Shown: positions 47,825 through 59,080, counted from the stretch's first letter. The stretch: 64,000 nt of DNA from an uncultured delta proteobacterium (GCA_963726395.1 CAVSCG010000022.1:8345-72344), one strand, 5' to 3'. Notes: generated by a model from the sequence alone, not told the origin. Numbers and translations: made by a program.

Positions 47825-48274
47825 ATGATGAAAAAAACGTTTGTTTTCGTGATGGCGGTTTTAACGCTGTTTGCATTTTCCGGCTTATCACAGGCTGCTG
47901 ATCCGTCCATTGTCGGCGTTTGGTCTTTACCGTTTCTTAAAGGCAAGGATAAAGGCAAGGAAAGATCAAATGTAGAAATATTCGAAAAAGACGGCGTTTA
48001 CTATGGCAAAATTGTAAAGCTCTCGCCTGGTGTCCCCGCCAATGCGTTATGCATAACATGCAAAAAAGATCGAAAAGACAAACCGCTGATGGGATTGCTG
48101 GTTCTATGGGGCCTAAAAAAAGAGGCAGGCAGGTACGTTGAAGGAAAGGTTTATGATGTTGACGAAGGCAAAGAATACAAATGCAGTATGGCGCTGGTGT
48201 CCCCGGAAAAGCTGAAAGTTACGGCCAGTTTGCTGTTTATCAGCCAAAGCCATTACTGGACGAGGGTGAAATAG
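47825..48274 (+). CDS. DUF2147-like periplasmic protein
   Basis: Signal peptide, then GVW...VEIFEKDGVYYGKIV...C..C...KP..GL....GKVYDVDEGKEYKC...L.V......W.R, the pattern of that family. Confidence 0.65.
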   Translation: MMKKTFVFVMAVLTLFAFSGLSQAADPSIVGVWSLPFLKGKDKGKERSNVEIFEKDGVYYGKIVKLSPGVPANALCITCKKDRKDKPLMGLLVLWGLKKEAGRYVEGKVYDVDEGKEYKCSMALVSPEKLKVTASLLFISQSHYWTRVK

Positions 48275-48364
48275 ATTTAGATTCAATGCAAAAGGCAAAA
48301 ACGAATCCTCGATGGGAAATTATTTGTGCCTTGTTGAAAAATATAAGCTGGCGTGTACGATATT

Positions 48365-48856
48365 TTACTTTAAGAATTTATTTTCGATAAAATCGGCGAT
48401 TGCTTTTGGCTCATTGATATCCAAACAGGGAATATCTATGTCCAGTTGCACGTCCGAGGCCACAGCCATCAGGTTATTTTCTTTAGCGTTGATCAATTCC
48501 CGTTTGAGTTCGGCACGAAACACTTCTATCTTTGGATAGTCATTGACCTTGAACCCCTCGGTAAGAATGATATCCACGTCGTGAATAAATTTCTCCCGAA
48601 TCTCCTCAAATGAATAATCATGATCAACATCCTGAATGAGTGCGAGCTGATGCGGTGATGAAACAACCGTGATATGCGCGCCTGCTTTTTTGTGGCGATA
48701 GCTGTCCTTGCCTTCATGGTCAATGTTAAAACCATGCTTGTTATGTTTTATTGTTGCAACGCGCCAGCCCCTGCCGACCAGATCGGCGATAAGTTTTTCC
48801 AAGAGTGTAGTTTTGCCTGTGTTGGATTTGCCTACAATGGATACGATAGGAATCAT
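48365..48856 (-). CDS. mobB: molybdopterin-guanine dinucleotide biosynthesis adaptor protein MobB
   Basis: IVSIVGKSNTGKTTLLEKLI...ATIKH...GKDSYRH. Confidence 0.85.
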   Translation of the reverse strand: MIPIVSIVGKSNTGKTTLLEKLIADLVGRGWRVATIKHNKHGFNIDHEGKDSYRHKKAGAHITVVSSPHQLALIQDVDHDYSFEEIREKFIHDVDIILTEGFKVNDYPKIEVFRAELKRELINAKENNLMAVASDVQLDIDIPCLDINEPKAIADFIENKFLK

Positions 48857-48947
48857 TATTTTTCTCTAAAATTTCCTTATTTTGTTGAATACATACCACA
48901 ATATGAAGGGCATGCCAAATTTTAAACCGGCCATCCATGAAGATCGC

Positions 48948-49002
48948 TTGACATCCTGGGAAACTGTATGATATAGAACGAACGTTCTATTTATGGTATA
49001 CT
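48948..49002 (+). promoter_or_regulatory. promoter region of pgpA-cinA-thpR-recA with an overlapping GAAC-N4-GTTC (LexA/Cheo-type) palindrome
   Basis: TTGACA at 48948-48953 with TATAGA 18 nt downstream, and a second TATACT at 48997-49002. The palindrome TAGAAC-GAAC-GTTCTA lies at 48974-48989. Confidence 0.45.
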
Positions 49003-49115
49003 CATATTTTTCGGAAAGGGCTGGAAACAACGTTTAAAAAATTTGACACTTCATTAAAAAAAGGCTAGGCTTTTAAAGCCTAACTATTTGATAATAAATA
49101 ATATATTTTATAGGA

Positions 49116-49589
49116 ATGGACGTGGAAGCAGCCGTGAAAAATCGAATTATCAAAATACTGGCAACAGGCGGCGGCGCGGGTCTGTCGCCAGTTGCGCCAG
49201 GAACAGCAGGCACGTTGGTTGGTGTTCTGATCTGCCTGCTTTGTTACCCTATGCCCTGGGCTATTCGTCTGCTTTTTGTGATTGCAATATCAGTTTTCTC
49301 TATTTATGTTGCTGGACAAGCGGAAACTCTTTACGGAAAAACAGACGATCAACGGATTGTAATTGATGAAATCGCGGGCCTGCAGGTGACAATGTTGCCG
49401 GTGGCGATAACCGGCCTGCATCTGTGTCTCGCGTTTGTTCTTTTTCGGATTTTTGATATTTGGAAACCTTTTCCACTGGATCATTTCCAGAAGTTTCCCG
49501 GCGGCTGGGGCGTGGTGGCTGATGATCTCGGCGCCGGTGTATACGCCGGATTAATTTTGTTTTTATTGACGATGGCAGGTGTTTTATGA
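49116..49589 (+). CDS. pgpA: phosphatidylglycerophosphatase A
   Basis: GGGAGLSPVAPGTAGTLVG...VIDEIAG...FRIFDIWKPFP. Confidence 0.9.
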   Translation: MDVEAAVKNRIIKILATGGGAGLSPVAPGTAGTLVGVLICLLCYPMPWAIRLLFVIAISVFSIYVAGQAETLYGKTDDQRIVIDEIAGLQVTMLPVAITGLHLCLAFVLFRIFDIWKPFPLDHFQKFPGGWGVVADDLGAGVYAGLILFLLTMAGVL

Positions 49590-50833
49590 GAATCGGTATT
49601 CTGACTATAGGCAACGAATTAATGAACGGTCGCACCGCCGACACCAATTCGTCGTTTATCGCGCGGGAAATCAATTTACAGGGCTGGCACGTCGAGATCA
49701 TGATGTCCGTCGGCGATGATTTCGATAAGATCAAAACCCATCTGCACTACCTGCTGACCTTTACCGATGCGGTCATTTGTACCGGTGGTTTGGGACCGAC
49801 GGTCGACGACATTACAACGTCCGCGGTGGCCAAAGCATTCGATCTTTCCCTATACACGGATGAAAAGGTCCTGGCGTATCTGAAAGAGATATTCGTCCGT
49901 TTTAACCTGCGCTGGACGGACAATAACGCCAAACAGGCGGTGTTTCCGCAGGGCGCGGAAGTGATTCCCAATCCCGTCGGCACCGCCGCGGGATTTGTCT
50001 TGCCGGTTCAGGAAAAACTCGTTTTTGTCATTCCCGGTGTTCCGTCCGAAACATACCGGATGCTGCCCGAAGGCGTTATTCCCGTTTTGCACCGGTATTT
50101 CCCTCAATCCGTCCGGCATAGTATCAAGCAAACCATTAAAAGCTTCGGTCTCGGAGAGGGGACGGTGGATCAAAGACTGGCTGATGTAAATTTTAACGCT
50201 CTGGGCGTCAGCGTGGGATTTTATCCCGTATTTCCCGAAAATCATCTCGTGCTGATCGCGCGTTCCGATTCCCGGGAGCAGGCACAGAAAAATATGCAAA
50301 AGGCCGTTGATGAGGTAACGGCGCGTCTGTCCGACTCCATTTTTGGATACAGCGAACAAACGCTGGAAGAAATCATCGCCGTGGCGCTCATGGAAAAGAG
50401 GCTGACCGTTGCTGTGGCGGAATCCTGCACGGGCGGGCTCATCGCCAATCGCCTCACCGATGTTCCGGGCAGCTCGGTCTATTTTGAACGGGGCCTGGTC
50501 ACCTACAGCAACGAAGCCAAAATTCAACTGCTGGGGGTGCCGGCTGAAATCATCAATCAGCACGGCGCTGTGAGCGAAGAAACGGCGCGCCTGATGGCCG
50601 AAGGCGTCCGCAGGAACGCTAAAACAGTCCTGGGTCTGTCTTCCACCGGCATTGCGGGACCGACCGGCGGCACGAAAGAAAAACCGGTTGGCACGGTTTA
50701 TGTGGCGCTGGCCGACGGCGCTCAGACCATCTGCCGTCATTATGCCTACCGCTGGGACCGCAAAAGAAACAAACTCGTGTCTTCCGAAGCGGCGTTGTTT
50801 TTGCTCAAAAATTATTTACAAGGAAAAGTTTAA
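49586..50833 (+). CDS. cinA: CinA-family protein (MoCF-binding domain plus nicotinamide-nucleotide amidase PncC)
   Basis: 415 aa with an N-terminal MoaB/MogA-like domain and a C-terminal AESCTGGLIA...GLSSTGIAGP. Confidence 0.9.
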   Translation: MRIGILTIGNELMNGRTADTNSSFIAREINLQGWHVEIMMSVGDDFDKIKTHLHYLLTFTDAVICTGGLGPTVDDITTSAVAKAFDLSLYTDEKVLAYLKEIFVRFNLRWTDNNAKQAVFPQGAEVIPNPVGTAAGFVLPVQEKLVFVIPGVPSETYRMLPEGVIPVLHRYFPQSVRHSIKQTIKSFGLGEGTVDQRLADVNFNALGVSVGFYPVFPENHLVLIARSDSREQAQKNMQKAVDEVTARLSDSIFGYSEQTLEEIIAVALMEKRLTVAVAESCTGGLIANRLTDVPGSSVYFERGLVTYSNEAKIQLLGVPAEIINQHGAVSEETARLMAEGVRRNAKTVLGLSSTGIAGPTGGTKEKPVGTVYVALADGAQTICRHYAYRWDRKRNKLVSSEAALFLLKNYLQGKV

Positions 50834-50836
50834 CTC

Positions 50837-51421
50837 ATGGCCGATCCGGAAAAAAATATTCGCGCTTTTCTAGCCATTGAACCGCCGGAAGGCATTTTAC
50901 AGTCGGTGATCCGTTTGCAGGAAAAACTGAAAATGGAAATCAGCGGGCGGATAAGCTGGACAAGGCCGCAGGGGCAGCATCTGACATTGAAATTTTTTGG
51001 CGATATTTCAACGGAGGATGTAAATCATATCCGGACGGCTGTGCAAAACCGAGTTACTCCGGGATGGTCATTGAATCTGAACATTGGAAAAACGGGCGTA
51101 TTCCCGGATGCCCGCAAACCACGGGTTCTCTGGTGCGGCGCAACAGGCGATGTGGAAAAACTCTCCGCCCTCCAAAAACAACTGGATACTGATTTTACGG
51201 AGATCGGTTTCCGCCGGGAAGACCGGCCGTTCAGGGCGCATCTAACATTAGGCCGGATAAAGGAGCCGCATGGTTTATCCGGACTCAGTGAAGCCTTGAC
51301 AAAACACAACGCCTTTATCGCCGGAGAATTTACCTGCAAGGAATTGGTCCTGTTTCAAAGCAAGTTGACAGCGCAGGGAGCGGTTTATACAAAGCTGGCG
51401 GTTTTCCCGCTGGTCGGGTAA
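50837..51421 (+). CDS. thpR: RNA 2',3'-cyclic phosphodiesterase (2H family)
   Basis: Two HxTx motifs: HLTLKF and HLTLGR. Confidence 0.85.
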   Translation: MADPEKNIRAFLAIEPPEGILQSVIRLQEKLKMEISGRISWTRPQGQHLTLKFFGDISTEDVNHIRTAVQNRVTPGWSLNLNIGKTGVFPDARKPRVLWCGATGDVEKLSALQKQLDTDFTEIGFRREDRPFRAHLTLGRIKEPHGLSGLSEALTKHNAFIAGEFTCKELVLFQSKLTAQGAVYTKLAVFPLVG

Positions 51422-51542
51422 TAAAGGGGAATGGTTTGAATAACCTTACCACCTGTGATGCCCTGAAGGGCAAGCGAGGTGGCACGAGGTCACAAGCTCG
51501 TTCCCTACCAAAAAATAGAAAACTACAGGGCGAAGGAGGGAA

Positions 51543-52565
51543 TTGATTATGTGCGCAGATATGGACAGATCGAAAGCGGTTGATTTGGCAATTACGCAGA
51601 TAGAAAGACAGTTCGGCAAGGGATCGATTATGAAACTGGGCGGCGCGGAGCCGGTTGCCGATGTTCCGGCAATTTCCACCGGATCGCTCAGTCTTGATAT
51701 TGCACTAGGAACTTTTGGTGTTCCGCGTGGCAGGGTTATCGAAATATACGGGCCGGAATCAGGCGGGAAAACCACGCTGGCTCTGCACATCGTCGCCGAG
51801 GCGCAAAAGAAAAACGGGATTGCGGCTTTTATCGATGCCGAACACGCGCTGGATGTGACCTATGCCAAAAAAATCGGCGTGAACATTGATGAGCTCCTTA
51901 TTTCTCAGCCGGACTCGGGCGAACAGGCGCTGGAAATTGCGGAAACGCTGGTGCGCAGCGGCGCGTTGGATGTACTGGTTGTCGATTCCGTGGCCGCGCT
52001 GGTTCCCAAGGCGGAACTGGAAGGCGAAATGGGCGACGCCCAGATGGGACTTCAGGCGCGACTCATGTCGCAGGCCTTGCGCAAACTCACCGGCAGCATC
52101 AGCAAATCCAAAACGACGGTTATTTTCATCAATCAGTTGCGTATGAAAATCGGCGTCTTCTTCGGCAATCCGGAAACGACAACCGGCGGCAACGCTCTGA
52201 AATTCTACTCATCACAGCGGCTCGATATCCGCAAAATGACTTCCATAAAGAACGGCCAGGATGTCATTGGTTTTAGAACCAGGGTTAAAGTCGTGAAAAA
52301 CAAGATGGCGCCGCCCTTCCGTGAAGCGGAATTTGACATCATTTTCGGCGAGGGCATTTCACGCGAAGGCGATGTCCTGGATCTGGCGGCGGCAAACGGT
52401 ATCATTGAAAAAAGCGGCGCCTGGTATTCCTACAAGGGCGACAGAATCGGCCAGGGACGCGACAATTCCCGTGTTTTCCTGAAAGAAAATCCGGAGGTCA
52501 TGGCACAAATCGAAAATGATGTCCGCGACAAGCTAGGTATCGTAGCCAAAGATCAGGAAGAATAA
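51543..52565 (+). CDS. recA: recombinase RecA
   Basis: [30 protein letters not shown], full-length RecA. The start is ambiguous among ATGs at 51549 and 51561 (AAGGAGG RBS at about 51533). Confidence 0.95.
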   Translation: MIMCADMDRSKAVDLAITQIERQFGKGSIMKLGGAEPVADVPAISTGSLSLDIALGTFGVPRGRVIEIYGPESGGKTTLALHIVAEAQKKNGIAAFIDAEHALDVTYAKKIGVNIDELLISQPDSGEQALEIAETLVRSGALDVLVVDSVAALVPKAELEGEMGDAQMGLQARLMSQALRKLTGSISKSKTTVIFINQLRMKIGVFFGNPETTTGGNALKFYSSQRLDIRKMTSIKNGQDVIGFRTRVKVVKNKMAPPFREAEFDIIFGEGISREGDVLDLAAANGIIEKSGAWYSYKGDRIGQGRDNSRVFLKENPEVMAQIENDVRDKLGIVAKDQEE

Positions 52566-52566
52566 T

Positions 52567-53061
52567 GTGAAAGTTTTAGATCTGGCGGCAGCCAAACAAA
52601 AAGCGTATCGTCTTTTGTCTTTGCGGCCGCATTCAGAAAAAGAGTTGGAAAAAAAGCTGCGGGACAAGGGTTTCCCCGCAGCTGTCATTAAAGAAGCACT
52701 GGAAAAACTCCACGATTTGAAGTATCTCAATGACGCGTCTTTTGCCATTCAGTGGGCGCGTAATCTGGCGGCAAACAAACTCTGGGGCAATCGAAAAATA
52801 ACAGCCAGCCTTCGGGAAAAAGGCGTGGCGGCCCGTTTGATCGACGATGCCATCGCATCGGCGCGTCAGGAACTATCAGAAGAAGAAGCGATAAGCCTTT
52901 TAATTAAAAAAAGGACAGCCAAAAAGAAGACGGCTGCTTTTGATGTGAAAGAAAAACAAAGAATATTTCAAAGCCTGATGGGACGAGGTTTCCCGCCGGG
53001 ATTGATCTTAAATAAACTGGGAAAGGCAGCGGAGGAAGAGTTTAATGGTGAAAACGGGTGA
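52567..53061 (+). CDS. recX: recombination regulator RecX
   Basis: 164 aa, GTG start, with three-helix repeats (AYRLLSLRPHSEKELEKKLRDKGF...). Immediately after recA. Confidence 0.85.
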   Translation: MKVLDLAAAKQKAYRLLSLRPHSEKELEKKLRDKGFPAAVIKEALEKLHDLKYLNDASFAIQWARNLAANKLWGNRKITASLREKGVAARLIDDAIASARQELSEEEAISLLIKKRTAKKKTAAFDVKEKQRIFQSLMGRGFPPGLILNKLGKAAEEEFNGENG

Positions 53062-55687
53062 TGCGATACGGGAAAGTTTTATAAAATTTTTTGAGAGCAA
53101 AGGACATATAAGGGTTGCCAGTTCAGCGTTGATTCCCAAGGATGACCCCTCACTGCTTTTTACCAACGCAGGGATGGTGCAGTTCAAAAACGCGTTTTTA
53201 GGCCTGGAAAACCGCGGCTACACACGGGCGGTTTCCTGCCAGAAATGCGCACGCGCCGGCGGCAAGCATAACGATCTGGAAAATGTCGGCATCACCGCGC
53301 GTCATCATACCTTTTTCGAAATGCTTGGCAATTTTTCCTTCGGTGATTATTTCAAGGAAGAAGCCATCGCCTGGGCATGGGAATATCTGATTGACGTAGC
53401 CAAACTACCCAAGGAAAAACTCTGGGTGACGATTTATGAGGACGATGACGAGGCTTTCAAAATCTGGCACGAAAAAATGGAAGTGCCTAAAGACCGCATC
53501 ATCCGCATGGGTGAAAAAAGCAATTTCTGGATGATGGGCGAAACCGGCCCTTGTGGCCCCTGCTCTGAAATTCTTTACGACCAGGGCGAGGGCACTGGTT
53601 GCGGACGTCCGGAATGCGACATCTATTGCGATTGCGATCGCCATCTGGAAATCTGGAATAACGTTTTCACGCAATTCGACCGCGATGAGACCGGTAAATT
53701 AACGCCGCTGCCTAAACCCAATATCGATACGGGCATGGGACTGGAGCGCCTCACCGCCGTTATTCAGGGCGTCAAGAGCAACTACGATACCGATCTCTTT
53801 ACTCCGATCATCCGTTTTGTCGAAAAAATTTCCGGCAAAACCTACGGCAAAAATGCCGAAAGCGACGTTTCCATCCGGGTCATTGCCGATCACAGCCGCG
53901 CGGTCACTTTTTTAATCGGCGACGGCATTATGCCCAGTAACGAAGGACGTGGCTACGTGCTGAGACGAATCCTGCGGCGCGCCGCGCGTCACGGAAAAAT
54001 GCTCGGGATCAACAAACCTTTTTTGAACGAGGCCGCAATAGTCGTCATCGACATGATGAAATACACCTATCCGGACCTTGCCGACAAAGCATCTTACATC
54101 ACCAAAGTCATCCTCAACGAAGAGCAGCGTTTTATGGAAACGCTCGACGCGGGCCTGCGCATTTTACAGGAAGAAACGGCGGCGCTGAAAAAAATGGGCA
54201 AATCCGTTCTCCCTGGTGTGCTGATTTTCAAACTCTATGATACATTCGGCTTCCCTACGGATTTAACGGCAGACATCGTCAAAAAAGACAACCTATCCCT
54301 TGATATGGAAGGATTTGAAGCCGAGATGGAACGACAGCGTGAACGCGCGCGCAGCGCCTGGAAGGGCAGCGGAGAAGAAGCCGTCGCTGAATGCTACTTG
54401 AAAGTATCAAGTTCAGGAATCGCAAGCGAGTTTTGCGGTTATGAAGGCGTAACCAAAGACGAGGCAAAAGTTACGGCCATTTTTGTTGACGGCAAGCCCG
54501 CGGACGTCGCGTGCGATGGACAGAAGGCGGAGATTGTTCTGGATACCACACCTTTTTATGGCGAATCCGGCGGACAGGCAGGCGACACAGGATATCTGGA
54601 AGGCGCCGGTTTCAACTTTACCGTGGAAGACACGAAAAAACCTATCGATAAATTCATTGTCCATAAAGGCGTTGTTCGAACGGGCGAAATAAAAATAGGA
54701 ACGAAGGCCCGTCTGATCGTCGATCAGGAAAGAAGAAAAGCCATTGCCGCCAACCATTCCGGTACGCACATCTTGCAGGCGGCGCTCAAGGCAGTGCTGG
54801 GCGATCACGTTAAACAATCCGGCTCGCTTGTTAATGCGCAGCGCCTGCGTTTTGATTTTACCCACTTTTCCAAAATCAGTGATGAAGAACTCCAGCGCGT
54901 GGAAACGATCGCCAATGACATGATTCGCAAAAATTTGACCGTTCAGACGGAAATCTGCGCGCTGGAAGACGCTCTTAAAACCGGCGCAACGGCGGTGTTT
55001 GATGAAAAATACGGCGCGACCGTGCGCATTGTCAAAATGGGCGAGATGAGCATGGAGCTTTGCGGCGGTACGCATGTTGCCAAGACTGGCGACATCGGCC
55101 TTCTGAAAATTGTTCATGAATCAGCCATTGCCGCGGGCGTACGTCGTCTGGAAGCCGTCACGGGCAAAGAAGCCCTTCTGCATGTTCAGAAAACGGAAGA
55201 AGAATTGAAAAGGACTGCCGGTTTATTTAAGGCTAGTCCTCTGGAAGTATATGATCGTGCCGAAAAACTTTTGAAGCAGACGCGCGAGATGGAAAAAGAT
55301 ATCGAATCCCTCAAAGGCAAACTTGCCGCCAAGGATTCCGGCGATTTGATGAATCAGATGAAGGAAATCGGCGGTGTGAAAGTACTCGCAACGGAAGTGA
55401 GCATTACCGACGCCAAAACGCTGCGCGACTTCGGCGACAAACTGCGCGATAAAATGGAATCCGGCGTCATTCTTCTGGGCAGCAAGGCCGATGATAAAGC
55501 ATTGCTCTTGTGCATGGTTACTAAAGACCTGGCCGGAAAGTATCACGCCGGAAACATCATCAAGGAACTGGCCCCGTTCGTTGGCGGTAAGGGCGGAGGC
55601 CGCCCCGACATGGCCCAGGCCGGAGGTACGCAGCCGGAGAATTTGAGCAAAGTATTCCCGGCGCTGGAAAAGTTAATGACAAAGTAA
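53045..55687 (+). CDS. alaS: alanine--tRNA ligase
   Basis: 880 aa with FTNAGM, the HHTFFEMLGNFSFGDYFK motif, editing-domain HSGTH...CGGTH, and a C-terminal DHHA1 GGGRPDMAQAGG. Confidence 0.95.
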   Translation: MVKTGDAIRESFIKFFESKGHIRVASSALIPKDDPSLLFTNAGMVQFKNAFLGLENRGYTRAVSCQKCARAGGKHNDLENVGITARHHTFFEMLGNFSFGDYFKEEAIAWAWEYLIDVAKLPKEKLWVTIYEDDDEAFKIWHEKMEVPKDRIIRMGEKSNFWMMGETGPCGPCSEILYDQGEGTGCGRPECDIYCDCDRHLEIWNNVFTQFDRDETGKLTPLPKPNIDTGMGLERLTAVIQGVKSNYDTDLFTPIIRFVEKISGKTYGKNAESDVSIRVIADHSRAVTFLIGDGIMPSNEGRGYVLRRILRRAARHGKMLGINKPFLNEAAIVVIDMMKYTYPDLADKASYITKVILNEEQRFMETLDAGLRILQEETAALKKMGKSVLPGVLIFKLYDTFGFPTDLTADIVKKDNLSLDMEGFEAEMERQRERARSAWKGSGEEAVAECYLKVSSSGIASEFCGYEGVTKDEAKVTAIFVDGKPADVACDGQKAEIVLDTTPFYGESGGQAGDTGYLEGAGFNFTVEDTKKPIDKFIVHKGVVRTGEIKIGTKARLIVDQERRKAIAANHSGTHILQAALKAVLGDHVKQSGSLVNAQRLRFDFTHFSKISDEELQRVETIANDMIRKNLTVQTEICALEDALKTGATAVFDEKYGATVRIVKMGEMSMELCGGTHVAKTGDIGLLKIVHESAIAAGVRRLEAVTGKEALLHVQKTEEELKRTAGLFKASPLEVYDRAEKLLKQTREMEKDIESLKGKLAAKDSGDLMNQMKEIGGVKVLATEVSITDAKTLRDFGDKLRDKMESGVILLGSKADDKALLLCMVTKDLAGKYHAGNIIKELAPFVGGKGGGRPDMAQAGGTQPENLSKVFPALEKLMTK

Positions 55688-55750
55688 CTTTCAAACAGTA
55701 ATATTATACACTCAGATCTTTATGAAATATTTTCAAGGAGGGGATCGTTC

Positions 55751-57246
55751 ATGCCTGATTATGATGTGATTGTAATAGGCGCCGGTAACGGCGGGCTTAC
55801 GGCTGCCGCCGGGCTCGCTAAAAATGGACATAAAACCCTGCTGCTCGAAAGACACAATGTCCCGGGCGGATGCGCTACAAGCTTTATAAGGGGCAGATTT
55901 GAATTTGAGGTGGCACTTCACCAGCTGAGCGGCATGGGATTTCCCGAATTTCCGGGGCCTGTCAGGGGGGTGCTGAGCGAACTGGGCGTTGTCGACAAAA
56001 TTGAGTTCATACAGCAGAAAAATCTTTACCGGATTGTAGTTCCTGGAAAAATGGACATCAACTTGAAGGCCGAAAGGGTGGCAGCGGAAGAGACGTTGAT
56101 GGAAAAATTTCCGGCAGAGAAAGAAGGGATCAAAAAGTTTTTTGATCTTCTCTATGCTTTCTGTATGGAAGTGGTGAGTGTGATGTTTATAAAAGACCCG
56201 GAGGCAAGCCCTGAAAAATATCCGCTCTTTTTCAAGCTTGCCCTGAAGGACACTCAGAGCATTCTTGACGAATACCTCAAGGACCGGGGCTTCCAGAACG
56301 CTATGGCCATATACTGGAGTTATAACGGGTTGCCGCCGAGCAAACTCAGTTTCATGGACTTCGCCATGACGCTCTGGGCTTATCTCGAATTGAAGCCCTG
56401 GCATATGAAAGGAGGGTCGCAGGCGATGTCCAATGCGATTTGCGACGCCTTCATCAATTTCGGAGGAGATGTAAGGTTCAATTGCGCGGCAAAGAAGATC
56501 AATGTCGAAAACGGCAAAATCAAATCCGTCATTACGGAAGACGGAGATGAGATATCAACAAAATATGTGGTTTCCAACGCCGGCCCGATAACAACCTTGA
56601 TCGATATGATCGGCGCAGAAAACTGTCCGGCGGATGAACTCAAAACACTCAATGCCCGGACGGTCGGTCATGTCGGCTTTCACCGTTTACATGGGTTTCG
56701 ATTGTAATCCATCCGATATGGGAATCGATAAGGCGACCAACTTCATCTGTTCAACCACGGACGCTGATTATGCTTACAAGAAGATGAAAACACTGGATGG
56801 GGCCGAATTTTCCCTGCTGACCTGCTATGACGTTGACGATCCTGACTTTTCGCCGCAGGGTTCCTGTCAGGCCTCTCTGGTTACGCTGCAGTATGCACAA
56901 CCGTGGATGAAAGTTCCTCCTTCAAAATATTACGACACAAAATACCGCTTCGCCGGAAAACATGATTGACCTGGCCGAAAAGGTTTTCCCTGACATCAGG
57001 AAGCATATTGAGGAGGCCGAGCCTGCAACGCCGCTTACGCATATGCGCTATCTCGGACATCCGGGCGGTTCGATTTATGGTTCGGAACACTTTACAAGGG
57101 AGACAAGCCTGTTTGTGAAATCAAAGTCCATGATTCAGGGTTTGTATTTCGCAGGTGCATGGAACGGCTCCGGTGGTTTTCAGCCCACTCTTCAGTCGGG
57201 TGCTTCTGCAGCTAGGTCGATTTCACGACTGATTAAAAAGCAGTAG
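55751..57246 (+). pseudogene. phytoene-desaturase-family NAD(P)/FAD-dependent oxidoreductase, split by two frameshifts
   Basis: YDVIVIGAGNGGLTAA...LLERHNVPGGC runs 55751-56707. It continues in ORF 56634-56969 and ORF 56962-57246 (..GSIYG...GLYFAGAW..). Junctions are near 56665-56680 and 56945-56955. Confidence 0.75.
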
Positions 57247-57277
57247 GGGAGGGAAAATATGACAAAAGAATGAGATC

Positions 57278-58419
57278 ATGCAAAAAGTAGCCGGTTACAA
57301 TGAAATAGTTGCGGAAAACGCTATTCTTGAAAAATACGGTTTTGACTATTCAGACGAAAAAGGGAGAAGTCAGAAGCCTCATAGATGCGCTCCACCCACA
57401 AAAGCTTGACCTGACCGTGTCAGAAATTGTCCAGGAAACTGCAAGCGCAAAATCCATTAAGCTTGTAAGCGAAGGCGGCTAGTCATCCGCCCTTTCAGGC
57501 TGGACAGTATATCAATGTCTTTGTGGAAACAGACGGAATCAGGACAAGCAGGCCTTACAGCATAGCATCATCTCCGGCACAGACAGGCTATTATGAGATA
57601 ATGGTGAGAAGGGTAGAGGATGGATTTGTTTCTAATTACCTGCTGGACGAGTTGAAGCCCGGCGACAGACTCAGCAGCTCATCGCCGTCTGGATATTTCC
57701 ATTACAATCCTCTTTTTCATGGTGATAAACTGGTGTTCATTGCAGGTGGCAGCGGAATAACACCATTCATGAGCATGATAAGAGAGCTTGCTGATAAAAA
57801 TTTGAGCCGCAGGCTGCACCTGTTTTACGGGAGCAGGGTTGAGGATGATGTAATCTACAGGAAGGAGATTGACAGGATTTCATCGGTCCACAGGAACTTC
57901 ACCTGGGACTTGGTCTTATCCGAACCAGCCCCTTCTTTCAAGGGACTCAAGGGATTTATCAATGCCGAGCTAATAAAAGAAAGACTTAAGGACCTTGGAT
58001 GGACATTCTTTGTCTGCGGGCCGGAGGCCATGTATCAATTCTGTCTGCCCGAGCTTGAAAAACTGTCAATACCGGCAAGAAAGATAAGGGTCGAAGTAAT
58101 GGGCGCGCCGAAGAACATCGTATTGAATCCCGGCTGGCCTGAAAACGTAAAAGCCGGTGATGTTTTCAAGGTTGCGATAAGAGGAAAAAAGACGATCAGC
58201 GCGCTTGCCTCGGAGCCGCTCATGATATCGCTGGAGAGGGCGGGCATGGCGATTCCCGCCCTGTGCCGCTCGGGCGAATGCAGCCTTTGTAGAACTAAGC
58301 TAATTTCGGGAAAGGTCTATCAGCCGAACGGTGTAAAGCTGAGAAAGTCCGACCGAGTCTTTGGATATATTCATCCCTGCATGGCGTATCCGATAACCGA
58401 CATTGAAATATTGCTTTAG
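57278..58419 (+). pseudogene. FNR-type oxidoreductase (FAD/NAD-binding domains plus C-terminal 2Fe-2S ferredoxin), N-terminus broken by two frameshifts
   Basis: ORF 57523-58419 carries RPYSIASSP, FIAGGSGITPF and CRSGECSLCRTK...C. Upstream homology (..LHPQKLDLTVSEIVQETASAKSIKLVSE.. and ..HPPFQAGQYINVFVE..) lies in other frames, with junctions near 57365-57375 and 57470-57480. The true start is uncertain. Confidence 0.7.
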
Positions 58420-58594
58420 ATAAATCAAAGTCAATCTGGGCATTGCCAACGGTGCTGGCTGTTTTTGGCGGCTCGATGTGCACAAGTGATTTATTCTTGT
58501 CAGTTAAACAAAATGCAAGTTAAGGTAATCACAAGAATATACTACAAATCAGCTGGACTGTAATATCCCGGCACATAAGGATGGAGGTTGAACA

Positions 58595-59080
58595 ATGGGA
58601 CTCCAGATTCGCGTCGGCACGAAGGCGGACATCGATGTTCTTGTTGAGATCATCCAGGATTCTTTTCTGAATGTGGCTGAACGCTTCGGGTTGACGCCGC
58701 AAAATAGTCCGACCCATCCTTCCAATTGCCGACCCGAGTGGCTGTTGCGCGAGATGAATCGCGGCGTCACCTTTTATATGCTGGAGAATGAGGGTCAGCC
58801 GGCGGGATGCGTCGCTCTGGAAAAAATAAGCGATGAAGTCTGTTATCTCGAGCGTCTGGCAGTTCTGCCGCGAGAGCGCAGAAAAGGATTCGGCGAAGCG
58901 CTGGTGAAGCACATCTTATCGGAAGCCCGGCTTCTTGACGTCTATCGTGTGGGAATTGGAATCATTGCTGACCATAAAGAATTGCAGGACTGGTATGAAA
59001 AGCTGGGGTTTGAAGAAGTGGAAAGTAAAAGATTTCCTCAGCTTATTTTTCGGGTTACTCTTATGGCTTACTATTTTTAA
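58595..59080 (+). CDS. GNAT-family N-acetyltransferase
   Basis: 161 aa with the RLAVLPRERRKGFGEALV acetyl-CoA binding motif. Confidence 0.8.
   Translation: MGLQIRVGTKADIDVLVEIIQDSFLNVAERFGLTPQNSPTHPSNCRPEWLLREMNRGVTFYMLENEGQPAGCVALEKISDEVCYLERLAVLPRERRKGFGEALVKHILSEARLLDVYRVGIGIIADHKELQDWYEKLGFEEVESKRFPQLIFRVTLMAYYF

Noticed and set aside
51432-51444. GGTTTGAATAACC palindrome upstream of recA as a Geobacter-type LexA box (GGTT-N10-ACC).
   Set aside because: The arms are spaced far too closely (13 nt total) to fit that motif. No second copy was seen.
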